Shown here in pieces: positions 1 through 9,965 of a DNA stretch of 64,000 nucleotides (its first letter is position 1; each line of letters starts with the position of its first letter). Position numbers and translations under genes: made by a program. This DNA is from an uncultured delta proteobacterium. GTDB lineage: Bacteria; Desulfobacterota; Binatia; UBA9968. Location of the stretch: assembly GCA_963727625.1 (NCBI GenBank), contig CAVSHR010000011.1, positions 256,001 through 320,000 on the forward strand. The letters are read 5' to 3'. Below the pieces are notes generated by a model. That model was not told the DNA's origin, ran no database searches, and saw only the letters and a program-made list of their open reading frames with translations.

Positions 1-4
1 CATC

Positions 5-961
5 GTGCCGGTTTACAACGATGCAGCCGGCTTGTTTGAGTGCTTGAACTCTCTTAAAGCTCAAGCCCATACGGAAACCGAAATCGTCGTGGTCAACGAC
101 GCGTCAACCGATGAATCGGCCGCCGTCGCCGATTCGGCGGGGGTCAAACTCTTCAGCCTGTTGAAGAACTCCGGACCGGCTGCGGCGCGCAACTACGGGG
201 CCGCGCGGGCCTGCGGCGACATCCTTTTTTTCGTCGACGCCGATGTGGTGCTGGCGCCGGGCGGCATCGAGCGAGTGAGGCGGACATTTGACGAACGGCG
301 CGATCTGGCGGCGCTCTTCGGTTCATACGATGCTTCTCCCCGAGCGTCCGGTGTGATCTCGCAGTATCGGAATCTGCTGCACCATTTCGTGCACCAGAAT
401 GGGCAATCGGAGGCGTCGACGTTCTGGGCCGGTTGCGGGGCAATCCGACGAGAGGTATTTGCAGAGATCGGCGGCTTCGATGAAGCGCGTTATCGCCGTC
501 CGTCGATTGAGGATATCGAGCTGGGCTACCGTTTGCGCCGCAGAGGGTACCGAATATTTCTCGATAAATCCCTTCAGGGAAAACATTTGAAGCATTGGAC
601 ATTGTTTTCGTTCATTCACACCGATATTTTCGGCCGGGCGATTCCATGGTCGCGTCTCATTCTCGAGACTAAAATGCTGCCCAACGATTTGAATCTGAAA
701 TGGGATCAGCGGGCCAGTTTTGTATTGGTGTGCCTCGCCTGTCTCTCGCTGGTGCTGGGTTTTTTTTGGTTTCAAAGCTTCGCCCTTGCCGTGGTCGCGA
801 TTCTAGTCCTGATCGGGCTCAATCGGCGCATTTATCTATTTTTCGCCCGGCAGCGGGGTTGGGCTTTCGCCCTCGCCTGTGTCCCGCTCCATTTTGCCTA
901 TTATTTGTATAGCGGTTTCAGTTACATTTACGTGCGCGCGTTAAACCTTTTGGGTCTCTGA
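5..961 (+). CDS. Glycosyltransferase family 2 with C-terminal membrane segments (5' end probably truncated by the window edge)
   Basis: VPVYN...VVNDASTD N-terminus, FFVDADV DxD motif, GGFDE...IEDIELGYRL, hydrophobic C-terminus. Frame is open to the window edge. Confidence 0.9.
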   Translation: MPVYNDAAGLFECLNSLKAQAHTETEIVVVNDASTDESAAVADSAGVKLFSLLKNSGPAAARNYGAARACGDILFFVDADVVLAPGGIERVRRTFDERRDLAALFGSYDASPRASGVISQYRNLLHHFVHQNGQSEASTFWAGCGAIRREVFAEIGGFDEARYRRPSIEDIELGYRLRRRGYRIFLDKSLQGKHLKHWTLFSFIHTDIFGRAIPWSRLILETKMLPNDLNLKWDQRASFVLVCLACLSLVLGFFWFQSFALAVVAILVLIGLNRRIYLFFARQRGWAFALACVPLHFAYYLYSGFSYIYVRALNLLGL

Positions 962-1034
962 GGTGAGATCCGCAACAGGTTGTCAAAGCGACCCATGCGG
1001 CCGATGATGGCGTGCGTCGCGGAGAACATCAACA

Positions 1035-2840
1035 GTGAGCGAAAATAGCCTCAAGGAGATTAACGATATTATCGTTATCGGCGCTGGTCCGGCAGGGCTG
1101 ACAGCCGCCTACGAGCTGGTGAAACATCATCAGCGACCGGTTGTCGTCGAAAAAAACTGCCGGGTCGGCGGTCTGGCCCGGACGGAAAGCTACAACGGCT
1201 ATCACTTCGATATGGGGGGGCACCGATTTTTCACCAAAGCGCCGGCGGTCACCAAGATGTGGCGCGAGGTGCTGGGAAAAGATTTTATTCGGCGCCCGCG
1301 GCTTTCGAGAATTTACTACAAAAACAAATTTTTCTCTTATCCGCTCGAGCCGTTTAACGCGCTCGCCGGGCTGGGCGTTATCGAAAGTCTCTTGATCGGC
1401 TTGAGCTATCTTCGCTGGCAGATCTTTCCCTATCGTCAGGAGGAAACTTTTGAGCAATGGGTCACGAATCGTTTCGGGAAAAGGCTCTTTTTGACGTTTT
1501 TTAAAGCCTACACGGAGAAGGTTTGGGGAATTTCCTGCTCCGAGCTGAAAGCGGAGTGGGCGGCGCAACGCATCAAGGACCTCTCGCTGAAAACGGCTCT
1601 GCTGGCGATGTTTTTTAAGCCGAGAAAGACCATCAAGACATTGATCGAGGAATTTGAATACCCTCGCTTGGGTCCCGGCATGATGTGGAACGCGGTTAAG
1701 CAACAGATCGAAGAACGCGGCGCGGCCGTGCATATGGAGATGGACGTGACATCCATCGCGCGCAACGGGGCTTCGATCAAAAGTGTCACGATGTCCCAAA
1801 ACGGCCGCAGCGCGACCCTCGAGGGGAGCCATTTTATTTCGAGTATGCCGCTCAGTGAATTTATCAAGAAACTCGAACCTCCCCCGCCGGAGGCGGTGCT
1901 GCAAGCCGCCGATAAGATTCACTATCGCGATTTCTTGACGGTTTGTCTGATCGTGAACAAAGGCGAATTGTTCCCCGACAATTGGATCTACGTTCATGAT
2001 CCCGGCGTTAAGGTTGGGCGCATCCAGAATTTCAAGAACTGGAGCGCTGACATGGTGCCCGACGCCGCCACGACCAGCCTCGGTCTGGAATATTTTTGCA
2101 CGGAAGGAGACAGATTGTGGAACATGGCCGACGCCGATCTGATCGAGCTCGGCAAAAGAGAAGTGGAAAGCATTGGTCTCGCTTGCTACGGGGATATTGG
2201 CGATGGCTGCGTGCGCCGGGTGCCGAAGGCCTATCCGATCTACGATTCCGATTACGCTGCCTATCTAGCGACCGTGCGGAAGTTCGTTGACGGATTTGTC
2301 AACTTCCAAACGATCGGCCGCAACGGTTTGCACCGGTATAACAATCAGGATCATTCGATGCTGACCGGAATGTTGGCTGTGCGCAATATCGTGTTCGATG
2401 AAAAGCACGACTTATGGAGTGTGAACACAGACCGGGAATATCATGAAGAGGTTGCCGAGGAGACCGGGCTGGAAGGTCTCGATGTGACCGAGGTGCTTCG
2501 GGACGCGGTCGCGCGAGCGTTCCCGCGATTGGATCGAACCGCTTTCGGAGTAGCGCTGGGCACCCTGTCCGGGGCGATCATTTTTCTCGCCACGCTGATG
2601 CTGGTCGTTAAAGGCGGCGATGTGGTCGGCCCCAACCTCGCGCTGCTGAACCAGTTTTTCCCGGGGTACAGGGTGAGTCTTTCGGGCAGCATCTTGGGGC
2701 TGGTCTACGGATTTGCGTCCGGTTTCGGGGCTGGTTGGGGATTTGCTTTTCTCCGAAACGTTACCATGTTTGCCTATATGGCGTTCCAGCGCCGCAGCGC
2801 AGAACGCCAATTGATGCGTAATCTTCTCGAATACTTTTGA
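1035..2840 (+). CDS. NAD(P)/FAD-dependent oxidoreductase (HemY/UDP-galactopyranose-mutase-like) with fused C-terminal membrane domain
   Basis: IIVIGAGPAGLTAA Rossmann motif, VGGLART, FDMGGHRFF, GRNGLHRYNNQDHSM. The C-terminal ~100 aa hydrophobic domain resembles 4505..4864. Confidence 0.85.
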   Translation: MSENSLKEINDIIVIGAGPAGLTAAYELVKHHQRPVVVEKNCRVGGLARTESYNGYHFDMGGHRFFTKAPAVTKMWREVLGKDFIRRPRLSRIYYKNKFFSYPLEPFNALAGLGVIESLLIGLSYLRWQIFPYRQEETFEQWVTNRFGKRLFLTFFKAYTEKVWGISCSELKAEWAAQRIKDLSLKTALLAMFFKPRKTIKTLIEEFEYPRLGPGMMWNAVKQQIEERGAAVHMEMDVTSIARNGASIKSVTMSQNGRSATLEGSHFISSMPLSEFIKKLEPPPPEAVLQAADKIHYRDFLTVCLIVNKGELFPDNWIYVHDPGVKVGRIQNFKNWSADMVPDAATTSLGLEYFCTEGDRLWNMADADLIELGKREVESIGLACYGDIGDGCVRRVPKAYPIYDSDYAAYLATVRKFVDGFVNFQTIGRNGLHRYNNQDHSMLTGMLAVRNIVFDEKHDLWSVNTDREYHEEVAEETGLEGLDVTEVLRDAVARAFPRLDRTAFGVALGTLSGAIIFLATLMLVVKGGDVVGPNLALLNQFFPGYRVSLSGSILGLVYGFASGFGAGWGFAFLRNVTMFAYMAFQRRSAERQLMRNLLEYF

Positions 2841-2859
2841 TTGGTGAGAAGCGGGCGAG

Positions 2860-3558
2860 ATGTACTGGCGGCGCAGACTTCAGCGGCATCTGTGGTTAGC
2901 ATTTTTAAGCATTGGACTTTCCGTGATCGTTTACTCGCTCCAGCGGTCCGATGACAACCTATTCAAGTTGAGCATGGCCTCGGCCTATTCCAGTCTCATT
3001 TTACTCTGTGGCACGCTGGTGCTCGGACCCTGGACCCTGCTCAAAAACCGACCGTATCCGGTCAGTACTGATTTACGCCGCGACATCGGGATCTGGGCCG
3101 GGATGCTCGGTTTGTTTCATACCGCTGTCGGACTGCAAGTGCACATGAAAGGAAATTTTTGGCTCTATTTTGTTTTCCCGGCAAATCAAGGGCGGGCAAT
3201 GCCGATCCGTTATGATCTTTTCGGTTTGACCAACTACGCCGGTCTGGCGGCGACGATATTGCTGTTGACGCTCCTGGCGCTGTCCAACGATTTTTCACTT
3301 CGCCAGCTCGGCGCTCGCCGCTGGAAGGGGATCCAGCGCTGGAATTACCTGCTGTTTTTCCTGGTTGCGGCTCACGGCGCCGCTTACCAGTTGATCGAGA
3401 AACGGAAGCCATTCTTCGTGGTTATCTTTATTTTTCTTCTGTTCGCGGCCGCGGCGTTTCAGTTCTCCGGCTATCGAAAAAAGAAAACCGTGGAATTCGC
3501 CAAGTTGAAGTCACAGGGCGAAGTTCCATTGGATCCGACGGGCAAACGAGCTACGTAA
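2860..3558 (+). CDS. Ferric-reductase-like (MsrQ/YedZ-type) transmembrane heme protein
   Basis: About 6 TM helices; RRDIGIWA...H, LALSND...LGARRWKGIQRWNY...H motifs typical of MsrQ. Confidence 0.8.
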   Translation: MYWRRRLQRHLWLAFLSIGLSVIVYSLQRSDDNLFKLSMASAYSSLILLCGTLVLGPWTLLKNRPYPVSTDLRRDIGIWAGMLGLFHTAVGLQVHMKGNFWLYFVFPANQGRAMPIRYDLFGLTNYAGLAATILLLTLLALSNDFSLRQLGARRWKGIQRWNYLLFFLVAAHGAAYQLIEKRKPFFVVIFIFLLFAAAAFQFSGYRKKKTVEFAKLKSQGEVPLDPTGKRAT

Positions 3559-3563
3559 AAATC

Positions 3564-4505
3564 GTGGCGGAAAACTTCAAGAATGCCGACGCGTCCAGTT
3601 ACGACGCAGTCGCGGCGGAATTTGACCGTTTCAGCGAAATAGTTTCCACGGAATTCGCCGAAAAATTGCTGGAGCTTGCCGATCTGGGAAGTGCGGATCG
3701 GGTGCTGGACATCGGAACCGGCAGCGGCGTGGTCGCGCTGAAGGCGGCGGGGAAAGTCGGTTCGAAAGGAAAAGTGGTCGGCATCGATTTGTCTGAGGCG
3801 ATGCTGCAAACCGCCCGGGCAAAGGCCTTGAAGTGTAAACTCGATGCAACCCTGGAGTTTTGCAAAATGGATGCCGAGGTCTTGGAGTTTGCCGACGGTT
3901 CATTCGATGCCGCGGTGTCGCTTTTTGCGCTGTTGCACTTTCCGGATCCGGCCAGGGCTCTCGCTGAGGTATTCCGCGTGCTTCGACCGGGCGGCAAATT
4001 CGTCGTCGGCGTCGGCAGCGGTCCCCGATGGCTCACACCTCAGGGATTAGCTCATGGGGCAAAGCGCGTGTCCGATCTCGTGCTCGCGTACCGGGGAAAA
4101 AGGCTGGTCGCACCGGGTTTTCTCAACAAGTTGGTTATGAAATACCTGCCGGCGGATGGTGCCGCCGAACAGACGGCCCTGGCCACAGATCGCCATAAAC
4201 CCCGCAGTATTGCTTTGCTGGCGCGTCAGGCGGGCTTTATCGAGATCGGTTCGAATTGGCGAAGCCATGAAGCGATGGTTGCAACGGCTGAGGACTTCTG
4301 GGATCTGCAGCGGACGTTTTCCAGTCTGGCCCGCAAGCGGCTGTCTAAGGCGGAACCCGAGAAGCTCGATCGGTTAAAAAAAGAGTTTTTCACAACCTGT
4401 GATTTGGTACAATCATGCGGTGGCAAGCTGGTTTATCCTTCGGCGGTGTTTTACCTCCAGGCGCGCCGGCCGTTGGATCGATCGATTGACCTAAAGGAGA
4501 GGTAA
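3564..4505 (+). CDS. Class I SAM-dependent methyltransferase (UbiE-like)
   Basis: VLDIGTGSG motif I, GIDLSEAML, DAEVLEFADGSFD, RVLRPGG. Confidence 0.9.
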   Translation: MAENFKNADASSYDAVAAEFDRFSEIVSTEFAEKLLELADLGSADRVLDIGTGSGVVALKAAGKVGSKGKVVGIDLSEAMLQTARAKALKCKLDATLEFCKMDAEVLEFADGSFDAAVSLFALLHFPDPARALAEVFRVLRPGGKFVVGVGSGPRWLTPQGLAHGAKRVSDLVLAYRGKRLVAPGFLNKLVMKYLPADGAAEQTALATDRHKPRSIALLARQAGFIEIGSNWRSHEAMVATAEDFWDLQRTFSSLARKRLSKAEPEKLDRLKKEFFTTCDLVQSCGGKLVYPSAVFYLQARRPLDRSIDLKER

Positions 4506-4864
4506 TGATGGCTGCCAATACCGACCTTTCGGCGGAAAAAAAGCCGGCTGTTGAAGACTTGGTTCTCACCCGGGTTCTGTACTTGAACGCAGTGATCCAC
4601 GGTCTGGTTGTCGGTCTCTTATTGGGAATGGGGATCTTTGTCGCGACAAACTGGCTGATCTTGAAGGGCGGCGAGGATGTCGGACCGCACCTTTCATTAT
4701 TGGGTCAGTTTTTTATCGGATACGAGGTCACCTTTGTCGGGAGTTTGATTGGGTTTGCTTACGGAGCGGTGGTCGGGTTTTGCGGCGGCTATCTGATCGC
4801 AAGAATTTATAATTGGGTTGCGAGCCGCAGGGACAAGCCTCGCCTGCGGGGTTTACTTTCTTGA
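4505..4864 (+). CDS. Small membrane protein, paralogue of the C-terminal domain of 1035..2840
   Basis: RBS AAGGAGAGG. KGGEDVGPHLSLLGQFFIGYEV aligns with KGGDVVGPNLALLNQFFPGYRV. Confidence 0.75.
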   Translation: MMAANTDLSAEKKPAVEDLVLTRVLYLNAVIHGLVVGLLLGMGIFVATNWLILKGGEDVGPHLSLLGQFFIGYEVTFVGSLIGFAYGAVVGFCGGYLIARIYNWVASRRDKPRLRGLLS

Positions 4865-5060
4865 TCTTTCTTTATTTTCCTGCGCAACGGATCCGACCCC
4901 AACGCGATGCGCCATGCGTTTCCGGGGTGCGGTGATATCGGCACCCTCCGCGCTGAGCCAATTTGCCGTTTGATCCGGTCCGGACTTGTGGCCGATGCCG
5001 AGGCGACCCTTAGGGCATCATGACTATGGTGCGGGGTCAATGGACGCCGCGGGTTAGGAT

Positions 5061-5984
5061 ATGGCGGAGCAAGCACAACAGTTATCCGTTGTCATAGCGG
5101 CGCACAACGGACGGGCGGAGGTGGAAAATTGCCTGGCAAGCTTACAGACGCAAGAGCTGCCTGCGAGTTCGCCCGTGGCGGTCGAGATCATCGTCGCGGG
5201 CAACTTTTGCAATGAAACAGCAGCGCAGCTCAAGCAATCCTATCCGGATGTTCGGTTGTTGCGAGCGGACCAAGCAGTTTCGGTGCCGGAGCTTAGATCG
5301 TGGGGAGCGAGAGAGGCCAAGGGTGATATTGTCGCGCTTTTGGAAGACCACTGTGCGCCGGCACCCGGCTGGTATCGCGCCATTCTTTCAGGCCATGCTC
5401 TGAACCGGCAAGTTGTCGGCGGAGCGATAGAAAACGCCAGCACCCGCCGTTTTGTGGATTGGGCAGTCTATCTGTTCGAATATAGCGCCTATATGAACCC
5501 CGTGCCGCGAGGCGCCGTGCAACAGCTTCCCGGCAACAACGTATGCTATAGTCGCAGCGCGCTGCAACTTTTAGAGAGCCTCTTGAAGCAGAACGTCTGG
5601 GAAACAATGTGGCACCGCCAACTCTCGACGTCAAAGATCGAATTGGTTTCAAGTCCGGACATGGTCGTGTTTCACCGCAAGTCTTTTTCGGTTAAACAAT
5701 TCTGGCATCTGGCTCGTCTGCAGGGCCACAATTACGCTGCCGCACGCACCTTCGAATCAGCCGGTGAGAAATGGTTGTGGACGATCGGAGTGGTCGGCTT
5801 GCCTGGGCTTATGCTTTTACGCATCGGCCGGCGCGTGTTTCACAAGGGTAGACACCTGAAAGAATACCTTTTGGTGATGCCCCTGCTATTTTGGTTCAGC
5901 CTGGCATGGGCTTTAGGGGAAATCACCGGCACGGTTACAAGGCGTCCGGTTGCCGAGAAGGGATGGGGGAACGGCCAGTTGTAA
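5061..5984 (+). CDS. Atypical GT2-like glycosyltransferase (paralogue 1, EDH motif)
   Basis: LSVVIAAHN, ALLEDHC, VGGAIEN, DWAVYLFEY, LPGNNVCY, C-terminal TM. Confidence 0.8.
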   Translation: MAEQAQQLSVVIAAHNGRAEVENCLASLQTQELPASSPVAVEIIVAGNFCNETAAQLKQSYPDVRLLRADQAVSVPELRSWGAREAKGDIVALLEDHCAPAPGWYRAILSGHALNRQVVGGAIENASTRRFVDWAVYLFEYSAYMNPVPRGAVQQLPGNNVCYSRSALQLLESLLKQNVWETMWHRQLSTSKIELVSSPDMVVFHRKSFSVKQFWHLARLQGHNYAAARTFESAGEKWLWTIGVVGLPGLMLLRIGRRVFHKGRHLKEYLLVMPLLFWFSLAWALGEITGTVTRRPVAEKGWGNGQL

Positions 5985-6055
5985 TGCCGGCTCCGTCCAT
6001 GATCGTGCGGCGCAAAAAGGCTGAATGGTTCGGCTATCCACAGGGCGCGAGTAAA

Positions 6056-6958
6056 ATGAACGCTGCGGCCCCTGCGCTCTCGGTGATCGTCGCCTCCCCT
6101 GGCCCGTTGCGCGATATCCCTGAAAGTGTCCATACCCTGCTGGAATCCCGCGGCTCCCGGGAGGTCGAGATCATTTTAGCCTATGCGGCGGACCGCGAGC
6201 TTCCCTTCGTAACGCCCGCGCTTGGCTCGGGCGTAAGCTTGATCCGCCTTCCCGAGGGAACCGCGCTGCCACAGCTGCTGGGCGCGGCAATCGCCCGCGC
6301 TCAGGGAGAAATTTTGGCCATCAGCGACGCCCACTGCGCCGTTGATCGAAATTGGATCTCCGCGACGCTCGCGGCTCACGCCGCGCCGCACCCGGTGATC
6401 GGTGGCGCAGTCGAACCGGATGGTCTTGGCACCCTGGTGGATTGGGCGGGCTACTTTTGCGATTATGGAGCATTCATGTCCCCTCTTGCTCCGGGAGTCG
6501 TTCGGCATGTTCCCGGCATTAACCTATCGATGAAACGATGGGCCCTGGGGATGGGGCGAGAATTCGTCGAGGGTGAGTTTTGGAAGGCCTTCTGGTGTCA
6601 GCAGCTAAAAACCAAAGGCTATGACCTCCATATCGAGCCCTCCATGTTGGTCTTCTACCGGCGCAGCTTTAGCTTCCGGCCTTTTCTGCGGTTGCGTTTT
6701 GATCATGGCCGTTGCTTTGCCGGGATGCGCGCGCGCCGGTTTAATCTGTGGCAGCGCCTCTTGTACCTGCTGGGCTCGCCATTGCTGCCCCTCGTTTTTG
6801 CCGTTAGGTTTTTTCAGGCGCTGGTTCCAAAGCGCCGTCACGTGCGCTATCTTATCGTCTCGTTTCCGATCGTTATGCTGGCCATGATCTCTTGGGGACT
6901 GGGCGAGTTCTGCGGTTATCTTTTAGGGGAGGGAACCAGTTGCAGTCGGGTTCGATGA
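6056..6958 (+). CDS. Atypical GT2-like glycosyltransferase (paralogue 2, DAH motif)
   Basis: LSVIVAS, AISDAHC, IGGAVEP, DWAGYFCDY, FWK. Start moved from ORF-track 5891 to in-frame ATG 6056 by alignment with the paralogues. Confidence 0.75.
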   Translation: MNAAAPALSVIVASPGPLRDIPESVHTLLESRGSREVEIILAYAADRELPFVTPALGSGVSLIRLPEGTALPQLLGAAIARAQGEILAISDAHCAVDRNWISATLAAHAAPHPVIGGAVEPDGLGTLVDWAGYFCDYGAFMSPLAPGVVRHVPGINLSMKRWALGMGREFVEGEFWKAFWCQQLKTKGYDLHIEPSMLVFYRRSFSFRPFLRLRFDHGRCFAGMRARRFNLWQRLLYLLGSPLLPLVFAVRFFQALVPKRRHVRYLIVSFPIVMLAMISWGLGEFCGYLLGEGTSCSRVR

Positions 6959-7015
6959 CACGCCGGCCTGGAGCGAGCATTTTATTGCAGCGTAACTCGA
7001 TTCGTAGATCATGAC

Positions 7016-8060
7016 GTGCTTCCCCATCTAGTTCTCATTACAGGGGGCGCCGGCTTTCTCGGCTCCCATCTGGTCGAGCAATTTTGCCGCCACGGTGCTC
7101 GCGTTCGTCTGTTCGATGTTGCCGCCCGCCCCGATTGGGCGCAGGGTCCGGCGATCGAATACCTGCGCGGTGATGTGCGGGATGAGAGGTTGACGCAGGA
7201 CGCCCTGGACGGAGTCGATACGGTCATTCACGCGGCTTTTGCGTCGCCGCGACAGAACCGCGAGCTCATCCGGAGCGTGAACAGGGAAGGAACCCGCATT
7301 CTATGCGGACAGGCCGCCGCCCGAAGGGTTGGAAGGTTCATCTTGATCTCGTCCACGATCGTTATGCGATCGCCCAAGGTCCATCCGTTCTTGCCGAATT
7401 CCCCGCTCACCCGGCTGGATGCCTATCGCTCAGCGCGCGCCGAAGCCGAGAAGATCGCATCGGACTGCGGCAGGAGCGCCATGCCGGTCGCGATTGTCCG
7501 GCCCAAGACATTTATCGGTCCCGGGTGCTTGAGCGCCTTTGCCATCCTTTTTGAATGGGTGCGGCTCGGCAAACCCGTGCCAATTTTAGGCGACGGTGAA
7601 ATCCGCTACCAGTTAGTCGACGTGAGGGACATGGCCGAAGGTATTCGTTTGCTTGGCTCCTGCGGCGCGGCGGGGATATTCTATTTCGGCGGGCGAAGAC
7701 TTCCGTTCCGTACGCCGGGATCTCCAGGCGCTCATCGATCATGCGCGGACAGGCTCTCGATTGTACACGGTGTCAAAAAAGCTCGCGCGGGCGGCGCTGC
7801 GCGGCATCGAGTTGGCAAACATGATTCCGTTGTCCGAATGGCACTACAGGAATGCGTACGGCGAGGATTCCGTCGTCGATATTTCCCGGGCCACGCAAGA
7901 ATTGGGCTGGCAGCCCAAGTTTAGCAACGCGGCATCGCTCTGTGAAGCGTATGATTGGTACGTCGGCAGCATGGGCGCGACCGGAACGGCACGGAGCCGA
8001 TTCCCGGTTCCGATAACCCACCAGGCGCTGAAATACTTGAGCCGGTTCCTGCCTCATTAG
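7016..8060 (+). CDS. NAD-dependent epimerase/dehydratase (extended SDR), split by a frameshift near 7690
   Basis: LITGGAGFLG, VIHAA. C-terminus (DISRATQELGWQP) continues in ORF 7653..8060. Confidence 0.8.
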
Positions 8061-8223
8061 GGCTGGCCAAATTGGGGTGGCCTCGTATGCAGATGGGAGG
8101 AGAGGCTTGCGCCGGGCATTTTCCTGGCGCAAGCTGGCCATGGGTTGACGCTCTAGCGGTGCGCCGCGCAGCCTCGGCCGCAGCGCCGCCGACGAACATA
8201 ACCGCGATCTAAGGACAAGCCGA

Positions 8224-9354
8224 ATGAAAACTTTGGACCGCATCGTGCGCCATCTGCGCATCACGTGGAAGAATTACCGAAATCTCCCGAGTCCGCCGTT
8301 CCTGATTTTATTCATCAACTCGATCTGCAACATGAAATGCGACCATTGCTTTTACTGGAGCAAATTAAACCGGCGCGACGATCTCACCAAGGACGAGATC
8401 GTCGGGCTGTCTCGTTCCCTCGGCCGCATTGAAAATCTGAACCTCTCCGGCGGGGAGCCCTTCTTGCGGAAGGACTTTGCCGAGATATGCCGCCAATTTA
8501 TCGAGCAAAACAAAGTGCGCCAAATCTACGTGCCCACGAACGGCTGGTACACGGAAAAGACCGTCGAGCAAATCAGTTCGATTCTCGACCGCGATGATCT
8601 GAACCTGTTCGTCGTCGAGTTGTCCTTGGACGGCATGCCAGAGTTCCACGACAAGTTCCGCGTCGCGCCCGGCTCTTTTCAGCGGAGCATGCAGACTTAT
8701 GACGCCCTCGCCAAGCTGCAGGAACGGGATCAGCGCTTGCGCATCCACAGCATTTCGACGGCCACCGAGCTTAACCTGGACGAAATCAAGCGACTGACCG
8801 GCTATCTCTACGAGCGCTGCCCCCGAATGGATCACCACAATCTGGCGATCATCCGCGGCGACCGTAAGAACCCGTCATTGCAAGGACCCAGCCTGCAACA
8901 ATACCAAGATTTGTATCAATACATTCGTCAACTCTGGTCACCGCGCGAAACGGGCCGCTACGGTTCCGTCGTTGAGCCCATGCTGCAATGGGCGAAACTG
9001 CGGACCCTGACCGAACAGACGCAAGTCATCCCGTGCCGTGCGGGCAGGCTGAGCGCGGTGGTTTATGCCAACGGCGATGTCAGCGTTTGCGAGGCGCACC
9101 GGCCGTTGGGGAATTTACGGCAGAACTCTTTTTGGCAGATTTGGAATTCACAGGACGCCTGCGCGTTGCGCGACTCTATTGCCAGAAAGGATTGCTACTG
9201 CACGACCGAGGTGTTTATGTGGCCGAGCATCGTCTATCAGCCGGCGCGACTACTGCAGGCGATGGTAAGCGCGAAGGCATGGCGGACCCCGAAGCCCTTG
9301 GGCGCAAATAGCACGGTCAAAACCCCGGAACTGAAGCAGGCCTCAAAGCAATAG
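8224..9354 (+). CDS. Radical SAM protein with SPASM/twitch domain
   Basis: CNMKCDHC CxxxCxxC motif, SGGEPFLR, C-terminal PCRAG...GDVSVCE...GNL...CYC. Confidence 0.9.
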   Translation: MKTLDRIVRHLRITWKNYRNLPSPPFLILFINSICNMKCDHCFYWSKLNRRDDLTKDEIVGLSRSLGRIENLNLSGGEPFLRKDFAEICRQFIEQNKVRQIYVPTNGWYTEKTVEQISSILDRDDLNLFVVELSLDGMPEFHDKFRVAPGSFQRSMQTYDALAKLQERDQRLRIHSISTATELNLDEIKRLTGYLYERCPRMDHHNLAIIRGDRKNPSLQGPSLQQYQDLYQYIRQLWSPRETGRYGSVVEPMLQWAKLRTLTEQTQVIPCRAGRLSAVVYANGDVSVCEAHRPLGNLRQNSFWQIWNSQDACALRDSIARKDCYCTTEVFMWPSIVYQPARLLQAMVSAKAWRTPKPLGANSTVKTPELKQASKQ

Positions 9355-9581
9355 GCAGGGAAAACCCTCGATCCGGTGGGCATTCCCGGGCCTTCAATCC
9401 CCTCGAGCCATGCCGCAGAGAAGCTTCGCTGACGAACCGGGGATGATTGACCCTAGATCCGACTATTTTCTAGTAGTTGCGTGGCGCGACTCACCGAAGC
9501 CGACGAACTTTCTTGCTCGACCGAAGTTTTTCGCTTTGCCACAGCGCGGCAGAGCGGCAAGCAAAGACGGAATAGAAATTT

Positions 9582-9799
9582 CACCACGAAGGACGCGAAG
9601 ATTTTTTAAAAGGGTGCGCGATGCGCACCAAGCAGTCAGTGGCCCGGATGCAGCGCAGCGAGATCGCGGGGTTCGGAGAATTTGCCCGGGCTGCCCAAAC
9701 TTTCAACGGTCGTGGTAAAGAACGGAGAGTCAAATTGGCAAAACCATTGAATTTTAGAATGATATTTTTTCCTTCTTGCTCTTCGTGTCCGTCGTGGCG
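9582..9799. repeat. Intergenic inverted-repeat element with nested REP-like palindromes
   Basis: CACCACGAAGGACGCGAAG (9582-9600) pairs with CTTCGTGTCCGTCGTGGCG (9781-9799), 3 mismatches. Inside are GGTGCGCGATGCGCACC (9613-9629) and GTGGCCCGGATGCAGCGCAGCG...CCCGGGCTGC (9639-9694). Confidence 0.6.
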
Positions 9800-9965
9800 G
9801 TCTATCCTGCTGGGGAAAGTTTCACTGACTTCGATCCTTCGCTTAGACACCGCAACCGGCGTTTTTAGGTTGATATGACTTTTTACCTCGGTGTCCCGGG
9901 TTAGATCCTTTCACGACATCTTACGGATGCCCAATCAGGATTGAAAATGAAGCAGGAGGCGGCCG

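Noticed and set aside
1029-1997. Long antisense ORFs (also 60256..61104, 62161..63057, 26468..27085)
   Set aside because: Shadow frames of well-supported genes on the opposite strand, expected in GC-rich coding DNA.
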